From NCBI GenBank assembly GCA_013203315.1, contig JABMQJ010000001.1:16382-80381 (forward strand): DNA of 64,000 nucleotides. Reading direction: 5' to 3'. Source of the DNA: Candidatus Omnitrophota bacterium (GTDB lineage: Bacteria; Omnitrophota; Gorgyraeia; JABMRN01; RBG-13-46-9). The notes under the pieces were generated by a model, which had not been told where the DNA came from, ran no database searches, and worked only from the letters and a program-made list of their open reading frames with translations. Shown here one piece after another: positions 9,004 to 17,974 of the stretch (position 1 is its first letter; the number at the start of each line of letters is the position of its first letter). A program made the position numbers and the translations under genes.

Positions 9004-9906
9004 TTATTTTTTGCGCGACAGAAAACTAAAGGCGTTTAAAAGCGCCTTGGACCCTTCTCCCGCCGCTATAATTATTTGTTTTGCCGGTATGTCGGTAACG
9101 TCTCCGGCAGCAAAGATGCCGGTAACGTTTGTCTCGTTAGAAGAATTTATCTTGATCTCGCCTTTTTCATTCTTATCCAGCTCTTTGGCAAAGTCGGAAT
9201 TCGGCATGAGCCCGATTTCTACAAAAATACCCTGCAGGGTAAGCGTTTTTTCTTTCGCTTTCTCTTTTATCTTTATGCCGGTAACCATTTTATCACCAAT
9301 GACTTCGGTCACACGGGTATCGTTTAAGATAGTCACGTTTTCGGCTCCTTCAACCTTGTCCTGCATGATTTTATCCCCGGTAAGCTCCGGGGTAATGTTT
9401 ATAAGGTGAACGTGCTTCGCTATTTTCATAAGTTGAAGGGTTGCGTCTAGGCCGGCATTCCCGCCGCCTATGACCGCTACGTCCTTTCCCGCAAAAATGG
9501 GCCCGTCGCATGTGGCACAATACGTAACCCCTTTGTTCTTGAACTCTTTTTCTCCGGGAACACCAAGTTCTTTTGAATGCTTACCTGAGGCTACTATCGC
9601 GGTTTTAGTTTCATACACGTCTTTATTGGTTTTAATTGAAATCAGAGCGCCCTTCTTTTTTAGCTCCAAAACACCTTCTTCTTTTAAGGGGACCTTGTAT
9701 TTTTTCATGTGCTCTTCAAATTTCGATACCAGATTAGCACCCGTAATGAATTGATAGCCTGTAAAATTTTCTATGTCACCGCTCCAGGCGGTCTGTCCCC
9801 CGATATCCTTGGAAATAACCAAAAAATTAATTCTCTTGCGGGCCGCGTATACGCTTGCAGTTATGCCTGCGGGTCCTGCTCCTATTATTATGAGATCATA
9901 CACCAT
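9004..9906 (-). CDS. trxB: thioredoxin-disulfide reductase
   Basis: GAGPAG FAD motif, CATC redox-active disulfide and GGGNAG NADPH motif; 300 aa. Confidence 0.9.
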   Translation of the reverse strand: MVYDLIIIGAGPAGITASVYAARKRINFLVISKDIGGQTAWSGDIENFTGYQFITGANLVSKFEEHMKKYKVPLKEEGVLELKKKGALISIKTNKDVYETKTAIVASGKHSKELGVPGEKEFKNKGVTYCATCDGPIFAGKDVAVIGGGNAGLDATLQLMKIAKHVHLINITPELTGDKIMQDKVEGAENVTILNDTRVTEVIGDKMVTGIKIKEKAKEKTLTLQGIFVEIGLMPNSDFAKELDKNEKGEIKINSSNETNVTGIFAAGDVTDIPAKQIIIAAGEGSKALLNAFSFLSRKK

Positions 9907-9915
9907 GTTGCCTCT

Positions 9916-11085
9916 CTAAAATATCTTATTAGCTATAAATCCAAGCACAATTACCTGCGGCACGGTTATAACAGGGAGCCAGATGGCTACGCGCCTTCCC
10001 ACGTTGTGCCATAAAAGGCCTATTTCGGTATAATCCGTAACTACGCCCCCCATTAGAAAAACAAAGCTATTGCCGAGAGCGCCGGTTTGCCTGAATATCT
10101 CGAATGCCATGGGCGCTGAGCCTTCGGAGCATACCTCTATAATAGTGGCTATTCCAAGCGTTATAAAAAGCCCGAGCACTGTCGGGCCCATATAATCATG
10201 GAAAAAGTTTGGCGGAATGTACGCCCCGGCTAAACTTGCCAGGCCCATACCTATAAGTACCCACCATAGCACCATGTTTGCCAGGGTAATTGTCCCGGCA
10301 TATATACCCTTCGCGTCAGCTTTAAGTGAGTCAGCAGAAAATTTATATTCCTTGAACCTTTTACGGATATCGGCCAGTACGGAAAAATCGTCTTCTGTTT
10401 CGATTATATTTTTGTTCTTTTCGATAAGGTTTTTCTTTTCAAGAACCTGGAAAATAAGCCCTGTCACTATCGCAATTAAAAATGCGGAAAATATTATATA
10501 CAGGGCTTTTAAACCGAAAAAACCTAGAAGCATTATTGTAAGCGTGAGATTGGACCATGGGCTTGCCAGCAAAAATGCCACAACCCCGGGATTGGATGCG
10601 CCCTTTTTGTGTAGCTCGATGGAAAGCGCTAAAATTCCGTGCGAGCACGCACTCATAAAAAACCCAAGGATAACCGAATAAAAAATAGTGCGCTTTCTTG
10701 GTTTTGCCAGTATGTGGGAAATATACTCCCGCGGAACGTAATAATCTAATAATCCGCCTAAAAATAAGCCGAGTATGATCGCCCACCAGATGGTTTTAAG
10801 ATAGCTAAAAAGAGACAGCCTGAAAGCCGTAAGAAAAGGTATAACATAAGATAGAAGGGCAAGCCCTGTTAAAACCGCGGCAACGATAATTGTTTTATTC
10901 TTATAAAAAGGGACGGTTGGCGCGGCAAGGCAGGCTGCCTGAATTACGTTTTTGGGGGTTTTGTTCTGTCCGGCGAATTTCTCAAGGCAAGTCTTGCTGC
11001 AGAAAAAATAAGTTTTTCTGTTTTGCGTCAGTTTAAGGCCGGTCTTTTCGTTAACCGACATCCCGCATATCGGATCCTTCGTCAT
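9916..11085 (-). CDS. permease (COG0701-like) with N-terminal YHS/TRASH metal-binding domain
   Basis: N-terminal DPICGMSV...FCSKTC is a TRASH/YHS-type motif, followed by about 10 TM helices. Confidence 0.6.
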   Translation of the reverse strand: MTKDPICGMSVNEKTGLKLTQNRKTYFFCSKTCLEKFAGQNKTPKNVIQAACLAAPTVPFYKNKTIIVAAVLTGLALLSYVIPFLTAFRLSLFSYLKTIWWAIILGLFLGGLLDYYVPREYISHILAKPRKRTIFYSVILGFFMSACSHGILALSIELHKKGASNPGVVAFLLASPWSNLTLTIMLLGFFGLKALYIIFSAFLIAIVTGLIFQVLEKKNLIEKNKNIIETEDDFSVLADIRKRFKEYKFSADSLKADAKGIYAGTITLANMVLWWVLIGMGLASLAGAYIPPNFFHDYMGPTVLGLFITLGIATIIEVCSEGSAPMAFEIFRQTGALGNSFVFLMGGVVTDYTEIGLLWHNVGRRVAIWLPVITVPQVIVLGFIANKIF

Positions 11086-11087
11086 GA

Positions 11088-11333
11088 TTATATACCCAGG
11101 CTCTCCTTGATGGCGTCTTTGTCAAAGCCGGTAATGATTTTACCGTCGATTTCCAGAACGGGCACGCCCATCTGGCCCGATTTATCAACCATCTCCTGCG
11201 CCTTCTCGGGATTTGTCGCAACATCGATATTCTCAAACTCTATATTGTTATCTTTCAAAAACTGCTTTGCTTTTATGCAATACGGACATGTAGGCGTGGA
11301 ATAAACTTTAACATTTTTTGCCATAAGTGTCAC
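11088..11333 (-). CDS. glutaredoxin
   Basis: CPYC active site and thioredoxin fold; 81 aa. Confidence 0.8.
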   Translation of the reverse strand: MTLMAKNVKVYSTPTCPYCIKAKQFLKDNNIEFENIDVATNPEKAQEMVDKSGQMGVPVLEIDGKIITGFDKDAIKESLGI

Positions 11334-11341
11334 CCCTTTAA

Positions 11342-11821
11342 TTAATCTAAAACCGCTTTAAGCTCGACTAATTGCCTCAAATGATCCTTTTCCTCATTAA
11401 TAACCACATCAATCATCTTATTGTCTTCCCCGGGCACGAGTTTCTTCATGCCTTCATAAAAGAGAATGGAGAATTTTTCGGCATTAATACCCAAATCAAG
11501 CGCTTCTTTCTCATTTTTTACATTTTTCGCGGTTTCTTTTCCCTTGTTTTTTTGAGCAAACACCTTGCCCTCGGCCAACGCGCGTATGTACGCGAAATAT
11601 TCTTCCGGATAGGCCCCTTCCGGCGCATCCGTCTTCACCGAATCCAGCATCTTCTGAAAGGTCTCGCGATGTTTTTCCTCTTCATCCGTTAGATGCCTAA
11701 AAATATCTTTCGCTTTTTCGTTTTTAGACTGCTTCGCCAAAATGTCATAAAAATCTTTTCCGTTTATTTCTATCTGGACCGCCAGTTCCAACACTTCGCT
11801 TATGGCAAATGTATCAGCCAT
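11342..11821 (-). CDS. rubrerythrin-like ferritin-fold diiron protein
   Basis: Motifs GKDFYD and EEEKHRETF, plus a C-terminal EEKDHL ExxH motif; 159 aa. Confidence 0.55.
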   Translation of the reverse strand: MADTFAISEVLELAVQIEINGKDFYDILAKQSKNEKAKDIFRHLTDEEEKHRETFQKMLDSVKTDAPEGAYPEEYFAYIRALAEGKVFAQKNKGKETAKNVKNEKEALDLGINAEKFSILFYEGMKKLVPGEDNKMIDVVINEEKDHLRQLVELKAVLD

Positions 11822-12261
11822 TATAGTTCAACCTCCTTAATCCACGCCCCGTGCACAGTACAAAATTCTATAGCGGCTAATTTTCCGCTGTTTGCTTTAA
11901 GGTGCAAAGCTGCTGCGGGATTAAGTTTTTCAGGGGTTAAATGAACCCTTGCGATAAATTCCTTATCAAGATAAAAATCGATATGATTAATGTAGTGTTG
12001 CGGCTGCATGGGATGGAGGATCTGCCCCATCTTTACATGCGCGTCTACGCAACCTTCCGGTATCAAGCCGCATTTCCTTAAAACAGTAATAACCGGCACG
12101 TGCTTTTTATCGCCTTCTGTTAAATTCTTTGGATCAGCCGGTGTATTTATAGCGTCTTTTTCCTGAAATGATGCTTTCGGCGCCCCGCATACAGGACAGT
12201 TATCAGGCGCACTTCCGTTTATCGCAATATAACCACAAACCTTGCATACATAACCTTTCAT
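11821..12261 (-). CDS. superoxide reductase (desulfoferrodoxin/neelaredoxin family) with N-terminal rubredoxin-like CxxC-x15-CxxC domain
   Basis: N-terminal CKVCGY...CPVCG, followed by the SOR signature EGDKKHVPVI (EKHVP-like). Confidence 0.8.
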   Translation of the reverse strand: MKGYVCKVCGYIAINGSAPDNCPVCGAPKASFQEKDAINTPADPKNLTEGDKKHVPVITVLRKCGLIPEGCVDAHVKMGQILHPMQPQHYINHIDFYLDKEFIARVHLTPEKLNPAAALHLKANSGKLAAIEFCTVHGAWIKEVEL

Positions 12262-12273
12262 AAATCACCCCGC

Positions 12274-12864
12274 TTAGTAGTTCTCACACACAACTTCGTA
12301 ATAGCTCTGAGGATGCTCGCACGCGGGACATACGTCCGGCGCGGCTTTTCCCTCATGCAAGTATCCGCAGTTACGGCATTTCCATTTAACAACAGCGTCC
12401 TTTTTGAACACCTTACCGTCTTTTATGTTCTTCAAAAGTTTTCTGTATCTTTTTTCGTGTTGCTCTTCAACTTCAGCGATCTCTTTGAACTGATCGGCTA
12501 CGTCTTCGAAGCCTTCTTTTCGTGCTGTTTCTGCGGCTTCTTTGTAGAGCTTTGTCCATTCCATGTTTTCTCCGGCTGCGGAAGCTTCCAGGTTCTTGGC
12601 TGTATCGTTAATTATGCCTGCCGGGTAGGAGGCTTGAATCTCCACGTCCCCGCCTTCAAGGAGTTTAAAGAACCTTTTTGCGTGTTCTTTTTCATTGTCG
12701 GCCGTTTCCAGAAAGATCGCGGCTATCTGCTCATATCCGGCCTTCTTTGCTACGCTTGCAAAATACGTGTAGCGGTTTCTTGCCTGTGACTCCCCTGCAA
12801 AAGAAGCCAGTAGATTGTGTTCGGTTTTAGTGCCCTTGATAGACTTTGTCCTCGTTTTCTGCAT
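12274..12864 (-). CDS. rbr: rubrerythrin
   Basis: N-terminal ferritin-like diiron domain (EHNLLASFAGESQARNRY, EKEH) plus a C-terminal rubredoxin domain (CRNCGY...CPAC). Confidence 0.9.
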   Translation of the reverse strand: MQKTRTKSIKGTKTEHNLLASFAGESQARNRYTYFASVAKKAGYEQIAAIFLETADNEKEHAKRFFKLLEGGDVEIQASYPAGIINDTAKNLEASAAGENMEWTKLYKEAAETARKEGFEDVADQFKEIAEVEEQHEKRYRKLLKNIKDGKVFKKDAVVKWKCRNCGYLHEGKAAPDVCPACEHPQSYYEVVCENY

Positions 12865-12876
12865 ATTTCACCCCTT

Positions 12877-13290
12877 TTATTTCAAAAAATCCATGTAAAT
12901 CGCCAGCAGCAACGCTGCTGCGGATAAAACAAATATAAAAAAGTAATTTATTCTTTCTTTCCTGGACCCCACGCCGCAAAGAATAGCGCCTATTGTCTCG
13001 TAGTCTTTCTTTTCGAGATTTTTTTGATTGTTAATTTTGCTGATAAGGCCCTGCTTTGCTATTAGCCTTGCCCTGTTTTGATTTATTCTGTATTTATAAA
13101 TAAAAAATGCCAGGAATCCGCCTATTCCTACATACCATGCTATCTTAGCATAAAGCGGGTTTAGGTGCATTAAAACAGTTACAAGCCTGACAGCTACTGT
13201 TGCTATAAGCCCTATTACAACGAAACCCCACGAAGCCAGGGAATCTTTACAATTTTTGTATTCACTGCACTTTATACATGTTTTTTTCAT
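12877..13290 (-). CDS. hypothetical membrane protein with Cys-rich N-terminus
   Basis: Starts MKKTCIKCSEYKNCKD and has 3 predicted TM segments. Confidence 0.4.
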   Translation of the reverse strand: MKKTCIKCSEYKNCKDSLASWGFVVIGLIATVAVRLVTVLMHLNPLYAKIAWYVGIGGFLAFFIYKYRINQNRARLIAKQGLISKINNQKNLEKKDYETIGAILCGVGSRKERINYFFIFVLSAAALLLAIYMDFLK

Positions 13291-14000
13291 TAGTATCCCG
13301 CGAAATTCTCAATCCTGATTTTATCGTTCCCAAGTGCAAGCTTATCTTTAAGGACACTCACCATGGCCCCTACCATGTTTGGAGGGCCGCATATATAAAA
13401 TATTCTTTCTTTGTAATCCGGAATTTCCTCTTTTATCATGGCATCGGTTATATAACCGGTTCTGCCCTTCCATATTTTTTTATCTATGTCAGGCGAGGTG
13501 AGCGTGTGCACAACACGCAAGTTGCCGCGCCCGGCCATGTCTTCGAAATCTTTCTCGAATATAATATTATCTTCCGTGCGGTTACTGTATAGTAATACTA
13601 TATCCGTTTTTAGCTTTTTGTCTATGACAAATTTACACATGCTCCTTATCGGAGTAATCCCTATGCCGCCTGAAAGAAACGCTATTTTTTCACATTCCCC
13701 TTCAAATGTGAATTTGCCGAGGGGCATCTTTATTTTTGCGATGTCGCCGGTTTTTAGCTTGTCCAGGGCCTTTGAAAATTCGCTTTCTGTTATTCTTTTT
13801 GTAAATTCGATGTAACCTGTTTCCGTAGGTGAGTTCGAAAACGAAAAATGCTTTGCCTTATCCTCGTTACCTACCTTGATCGTAAGCGTAAAAAACTGGC
13901 CCGGCTTGAAGCCTTCCCCCGGTTTTTCTCCGAACCTGAAGCTTTTCACGGTATTTGTCCGCTCTATTACATCTATAACGCGCGTTTCGAATTCAACCAT
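13290..14000 (-). CDS. FNR-like oxidoreductase, FAD/NAD(P)-binding domain protein
   Basis: Motifs PGQFFTL and FLSGGIGITP; no Fe-S motif. Candidate rubredoxin or ferredoxin reductase. Confidence 0.7.
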   Translation of the reverse strand: MVEFETRVIDVIERTNTVKSFRFGEKPGEGFKPGQFFTLTIKVGNEDKAKHFSFSNSPTETGYIEFTKRITESEFSKALDKLKTGDIAKIKMPLGKFTFEGECEKIAFLSGGIGITPIRSMCKFVIDKKLKTDIVLLYSNRTEDNIIFEKDFEDMAGRGNLRVVHTLTSPDIDKKIWKGRTGYITDAMIKEEIPDYKERIFYICGPPNMVGAMVSVLKDKLALGNDKIRIENFAGY

Positions 14001-14001
14001 T

Positions 14002-14409
14002 CTATTTACCTTTTTTAATCAAGGATCCTATGCTAATTGATTTTAAATCGGATACTATGTGTTTCTGTATCATGTCCAATTTTCCTTTTAAGGCGCAGGT
14101 CCTGATGTGAGGGCACAGGCTTTTTTTGAAAATATGTTCGTTGCATTTTAAAGGCCCCTGGAATATTTTCATTACATCGGCAACGAATATCGCGCCGGCG
14201 GCGCGTGATAATTCAAAACCCCCGCCTTTTCCTTTATAGGATTTCAGGAGCCCCGACTTATTCATGCGCTGTAATATCTTCCGCAGGAAGGGGCGCGGAA
14301 TTTTCAAATCGCGCACCAGTTTCTTTACCGAAACTATGCTCTTTTTGCGCTTTGCGATATAGCAAAGCGCCCTTATCGCGTAATCAGTGTCTCGTGTAAC
14401 TAATTTCAT
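14002..14409 (-). CDS. Rrf2 family transcriptional regulator (IscR/NsrR-like)
   Basis: Rrf2 wHTH N-terminus (DYAIRALCYIA) and C-terminal Cys residues. Confidence 0.8.
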   Translation of the reverse strand: MKLVTRDTDYAIRALCYIAKRKKSIVSVKKLVRDLKIPRPFLRKILQRMNKSGLLKSYKGKGGGFELSRAAGAIFVADVMKIFQGPLKCNEHIFKKSLCPHIRTCALKGKLDMIQKHIVSDLKSISIGSLIKKGK

Positions 14410-14960
14410 ATGCTATGCGCCACCACTTCCGATAAAACAACAATATCTTCGGTTCCAAAAATATCCGTAATGCTTTTGTCAAAAAGAAGATTGGCTTCCG
14501 GCCCAAATTCTTCATCCCCGCGCCAGAGCGTTATAAGGAAAGGCGTGCTCTCCTCGATTGTATCCAAGACTACGCTTACGTCCGCAAGCTCGGCTTTTTT
14601 AGCTCTGAAGCGCTCAACTAGCGTTAAAAGGGCTTCGGGATTTTTACCGTACTTTCGCGTAATCGTATTAATTACACGCTTCTTAAAATTTGGATAATAC
14701 CCTTCGCCGCCTACTAATTCCTTAAAAGAGATCCACTCGCCCTTTATTGAAGGCAGTCCTTTGATTTTGCGTATCAGGTAATGCAAAATCAAAATGGACG
14801 TATAAACTTTTGCTGGAACGTTGCATGAAACGGAAAAAACGGTTTTCTTGTCTACGTTAACCTCGTAATCATCGCCCAAAAACCGCAAAGAATGAGTCCT
14901 CTCCTCCATAACTTGCGCAAGACGCTCCCACGCATTGTTTAAAGCGACTTCGTATTCCAT
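14406..14960 (-). CDS. hypothetical protein (possibly DUF3786-like)
   Basis: The ORF track starts it at 15005, but an unannotated rubredoxin gene ends at ~14960 with a TAATG overlap onto MEYEV, so the start is probably the internal Met. Confidence 0.4.
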   Translation of the reverse strand: MEYEVALNNAWERLAQVMEERTHSLRFLGDDYEVNVDKKTVFSVSCNVPAKVYTSILILHYLIRKIKGLPSIKGEWISFKELVGGEGYYPNFKKRVINTITRKYGKNPEALLTLVERFRAKKAELADVSVVLDTIEESTPFLITLWRGDEEFGPEANLLFDKSITDIFGTEDIVVLSEVVAHSI

Positions 14961-15118
14961 TAAACCGGCTCGAACTTGTCTTTCCCAACCCCGCATTCCG
15001 GGCAAACCCAGTTCTCCGGTAAGCTTTCAAAAGATGTTCCGGGCTTTGCGCCGCTTTCCGGGTCGCCTTTTTCAGGATCATACACATACTGGCATATGGT
15101 GCATACGTATTGTTGCAT
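14960..15118 (-). CDS. rubredoxin
   Basis: Hand translation: [52 protein letters not shown]. This is the classic rubredoxin CxxC...CPxCG pattern, preceded by a strong SD (AAGGAGGAAGGC). Absent from the ORF track because it is under 60 aa. Confidence 0.8.
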   Translation of the reverse strand: MQQYVCTICQYVYDPEKGDPESGAKPGTSFESLPENWVCPECGVGKDKFEPV

Positions 15119-15128
15119 GCCTTCCTCC

Positions 15129-15350
15129 TTATACTGATATAACTTCTTTTACTTCAGGCACTTCTTGTTTTACAATTCTTTCAACGCCGGCTTTTAAGGT
15201 CATCTGGCTCATTGGGCAACATCCGCATGCGCCGGTGAGTTTCACCTTGACGACGCCATCAGGTGTAACGTCTACAAGCACAACGTCTCCGCCGTCAGCC
15301 TGAAGTGATGGTCTTATTTTGTTTAGTGCAGCTTCTACTCTTTCTTTCAT
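15129..15350 (-). CDS. NifU-like (Nfu-type) Fe-S cluster assembly domain protein
   Basis: CGCCPMS motif; 73 aa NifU C-terminal-domain fold. Confidence 0.8.
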   Translation of the reverse strand: MKERVEAALNKIRPSLQADGGDVVLVDVTPDGVVKVKLTGACGCCPMSQMTLKAGVERIVKQEVPEVKEVISV

Positions 15351-15370
15351 TTTGACCTCCGATTTTTTTA

Positions 15371-15859
15371 CTATTTTCTTTTTACAAGCTCTCCGTCTAC
15401 CTCAGAAATACCTTTTTCGTCTTTTCCTGCTTTACTGATTTTCTCGAGAATCCCGGCCGGTGTGGCCTCTTCCTCTTTCTGCTCTTTCACGTACCACTGC
15501 AAAAAGTCCTCTGTGGTTTTATCGTTTTCCTCCTGGGCCAGTTTAACGAGGTTATTGATTAACCCCGTAACTTTCTTTTCGTGCGCGAGGGTCTTTTCGA
15601 AAAGGTCCGGGCCTGAAGTGAAATCCTGCGGCGGATTATCAATAGCCTTTAGCGTGACCCTTTGGCCCTCTGCGTGCACGTAATCAAACATCTTTTTCGC
15701 GTGAAAAATCTCTTCGTTCCACTGCTTATAAAACCAGTTGGCAAAACCGGCTAGCCCTTTTGACGCCGCATATGCGGACATCCCGAGATAAAAGTAAGCA
15801 GAGTATATTTCCTTATTAATCTGCTCATCTAAAGCGTCTGTCATCTTTTTACTTAACAT
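15371..15859 (-). CDS. ftn: ferritin (non-heme)
   Basis: Motifs EIYSAYFYLGMS and EEIFHAKKMFDY are ferritin ferroxidase-centre motifs. Confidence 0.85.
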   Translation of the reverse strand: MLSKKMTDALDEQINKEIYSAYFYLGMSAYAASKGLAGFANWFYKQWNEEIFHAKKMFDYVHAEGQRVTLKAIDNPPQDFTSGPDLFEKTLAHEKKVTGLINNLVKLAQEENDKTTEDFLQWYVKEQKEEEATPAGILEKISKAGKDEKGISEVDGELVKRK

Positions 15860-16112
15860 TTTTCCCTCCCTCTTTCGTTTTCTTATTGTTTAGATATTTC
15901 TTATAAAGTTTTTCTCCTACGCACTCTTTGCCATATTTACACCAATCAAGGCATGTTGCGCCCCCGTTTCGTAATACGGTTTTTTTGCACTTCGGGCACC
16001 TCGCCTTCACCTCATCTGTCCATATCTCCATCTCTTCGCTGCAAAAAGGGCATTTTATACTCTCTGGATGCGGCTGACTAAAACTTTGTGACCCCGGACA
16101 CTTAAAATTCAT
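15849..16112 (-). CDS. small Cys-rich zinc-ribbon-like protein
   Basis: CPxxC...CPFC...CPKC...C pattern; 87 aa. Confidence 0.35.
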   Translation of the reverse strand: MNFKCPGSQSFSQPHPESIKCPFCSEEMEIWTDEVKARCPKCKKTVLRNGGATCLDWCKYGKECVGEKLYKKYLNNKKTKEGGKNVK

Positions 16113-16942
16113 TTCCTATCCCCTTTAATGCCGATATTAACGTCAGTAAACGGTATATTTTTACCTGAGGCCGCAAGCGCTTCCTGAACAATATTCAAAA
16201 GCCCGAAACAGCAAGGGACCTCCATATGCGCGCAGGTTACTGACTTTATGTTATTGGTTTTAAAGATTTCGGTGAACTTGTTCTTGTAGTATTCCGCGTC
16301 GTCTAACTTGGGACAGCCTACCAGCAGGATCTTCCCCTTCAATAAATCATCCTGGAAGCCTGCGTATGCGAATGAAGTGCAATCCGCCGCTATGAGTAAA
16401 TCCGAGTTGTCAAGATACGGAGCAAATGCCGGGACAAGCTTGATCTGGACCGGCCAGTTCTCGAGTTGCGACACGCCGCTTGGAGTGACTCCGCCCTTTT
16501 TGGTTTCTTTTCCGCGTAAATCCACTATTTTCGTTCCGGGACATCCAGAAGGTCCGCCGGCGTGCTTGTGCGCGTACGCTTTTTCAGTTAACGGGTTTTT
16601 TATGCCCTTTTCCTTCAGGACCTCTAATGCCTGATTTAGAAATTTTGTCTCTCCGTGTTCTTTCAGGTGTTCAAGGTGCGCTATTATTACGTTCTTCCCC
16701 TGTTTTACAATATTTTGCATTACTTTCTTTTCATCGTACTTTTCGGCTTCTCTTTCCTCTATATTTATCGCCCCTTCCGGACAATGCCCTATGCAGGCGC
16801 CCAGGCCGTCACAGAATAGATCACTTATAAGACGCGCCTTTCCGTCTATAATTTGAAGCGCCCCTTCCGGACAGTTTGGAATACACAGACTGCAACCGTT
16901 GCATTTCTTCTCATCGATTTTTATTATTTTTCTCTTTGCCAT
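16109..16942 (-). CDS. 4Fe-4S dicluster domain protein with C-terminal Cys-containing domain
   Basis: Motifs CNGCSLCIPNCP and CDGLGACIGHCP. Start taken as MAKRK, preceded by GGGAGGGAGAGC. Confidence 0.6.
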   Translation of the reverse strand: MAKRKIIKIDEKKCNGCSLCIPNCPEGALQIIDGKARLISDLFCDGLGACIGHCPEGAINIEEREAEKYDEKKVMQNIVKQGKNVIIAHLEHLKEHGETKFLNQALEVLKEKGIKNPLTEKAYAHKHAGGPSGCPGTKIVDLRGKETKKGGVTPSGVSQLENWPVQIKLVPAFAPYLDNSDLLIAADCTSFAYAGFQDDLLKGKILLVGCPKLDDAEYYKNKFTEIFKTNNIKSVTCAHMEVPCCFGLLNIVQEALAASGKNIPFTDVNIGIKGDRK

Positions 16943-16966
16943 AATGCTCTCCCTCCCTTGTTGCCT

Positions 16967-16998
16967 AAATGATACCACTTTAGTATCATTATGTCAAG
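16967..16998 (-). promoter_or_regulatory. promoter (TTGACA-17-TATCAT on minus) overlapped by palindrome AATGATACC-N5-GTATCATT
   Basis: Minus strand reads CCCTTGACAtaatgatactaaagtggTATCATttagg...GGGAGGGAGAGCattATG. The palindrome covers the spacer and -10. The same operator recurs at 21785-21807. Confidence 0.5.
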
Positions 16999-17006
16999 GG
17001 ATTTAT

Positions 17007-17972
17007 TTACTTTTTTAAAGCCCCTTCGCAGCTTGAGCCCGCGCCTGCCGTACAGCAGTAACAGTGATTTTCGAAAATTATTTCCCTCTCCTGCAATTCA
17101 TCAGGGCTTATGTCACTTACCTTTATCGTTTTATCACTCTTATCCTTAAGGGACAAGTTGAGCGCCTGGTTAAAGTCGCAATCGTACAAAGTACCGTCCC
17201 AACCGACGCTTAACAGTTTGCGGCACATTATATTACCGGCTACGTTCTCATTAAAATTATCCATTAAGAGTTTCATGTACTTGTCAAAATTGCCGTTTGC
17301 CTTAAGATACTGTTCAAATCTTTTTATCGGGGCATTCGTGATCGTCAAAAGATAGCTGAATGTCACCTGATACTTTTCTTTTAGAACTTTTTTGTAGTCT
17401 CTTTCGAGTCCGGACTGTTCTCCCGGTAAAACAGCGCCTCCCGGGTTATAGACAAGGTCAAGCACGAGATTTTCTTCTTTCCCGTATCCTAATTCATTGA
17501 GAATCCTGAGCGCTTTAATGCTCTTGTCAAAAACACCTTCGCCTCTTTGCTTGTCCACGTTCTCCCGGGTATAACAGGGCATCGAGCAAACAAGGTGGAC
17601 ACCTTGATCCTTGTAAAATTGCGCCATGCCCTCCATGCCCGGCTCAAGTAATACTGTAAGGTTACTTCTTACCTTTATTTCTTTTGCGTGTGGTTTGGCT
17701 TTTTCTATAAAATACTTAAAGTTAGGGTTAAGTTCGGGACACCCGCCTGTTACATCCAGGATAAGGTCCTTCTTTTTGGATAAAAATATTACGATATCGC
17801 CCATCACTTCTTTGGACATTATTTTAGCGCCACTCGGGCTTGCGTCAACATGGCAGTGCGCGCACTGCTGGTTACATCTATTGCCTAGATTCACTTGTAG
17901 CGTCTCCGGGTTAACGCGCCTTGAATAGGTTCTATCAATTGTGTAGACCTTTTCCTTAAAATCGCTTTTCAT
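17007..17972 (-). CDS. radical SAM / Cys-rich domain protein (ArsS-like, TIGR04167-type)
   Basis: CNQQCAHC radical SAM motif and a C-terminal CYCCTAGAGSSC Cys-rich tail. Confidence 0.7.
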   Translation of the reverse strand: MKSDFKEKVYTIDRTYSRRVNPETLQVNLGNRCNQQCAHCHVDASPSGAKIMSKEVMGDIVIFLSKKKDLILDVTGGCPELNPNFKYFIEKAKPHAKEIKVRSNLTVLLEPGMEGMAQFYKDQGVHLVCSMPCYTRENVDKQRGEGVFDKSIKALRILNELGYGKEENLVLDLVYNPGGAVLPGEQSGLERDYKKVLKEKYQVTFSYLLTITNAPIKRFEQYLKANGNFDKYMKLLMDNFNENVAGNIMCRKLLSVGWDGTLYDCDFNQALNLSLKDKSDKTIKVSDISPDELQEREIIFENHCYCCTAGAGSSCEGALKK

Positions 17973-17974
17973 TT

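Noticed and set aside
14869-15087. 72-aa minus-strand ORF in the track
   Set aside because: A different frame of the same region encodes a textbook rubredoxin with a strong SD (14960-15118), so the track ORF is a shadow.
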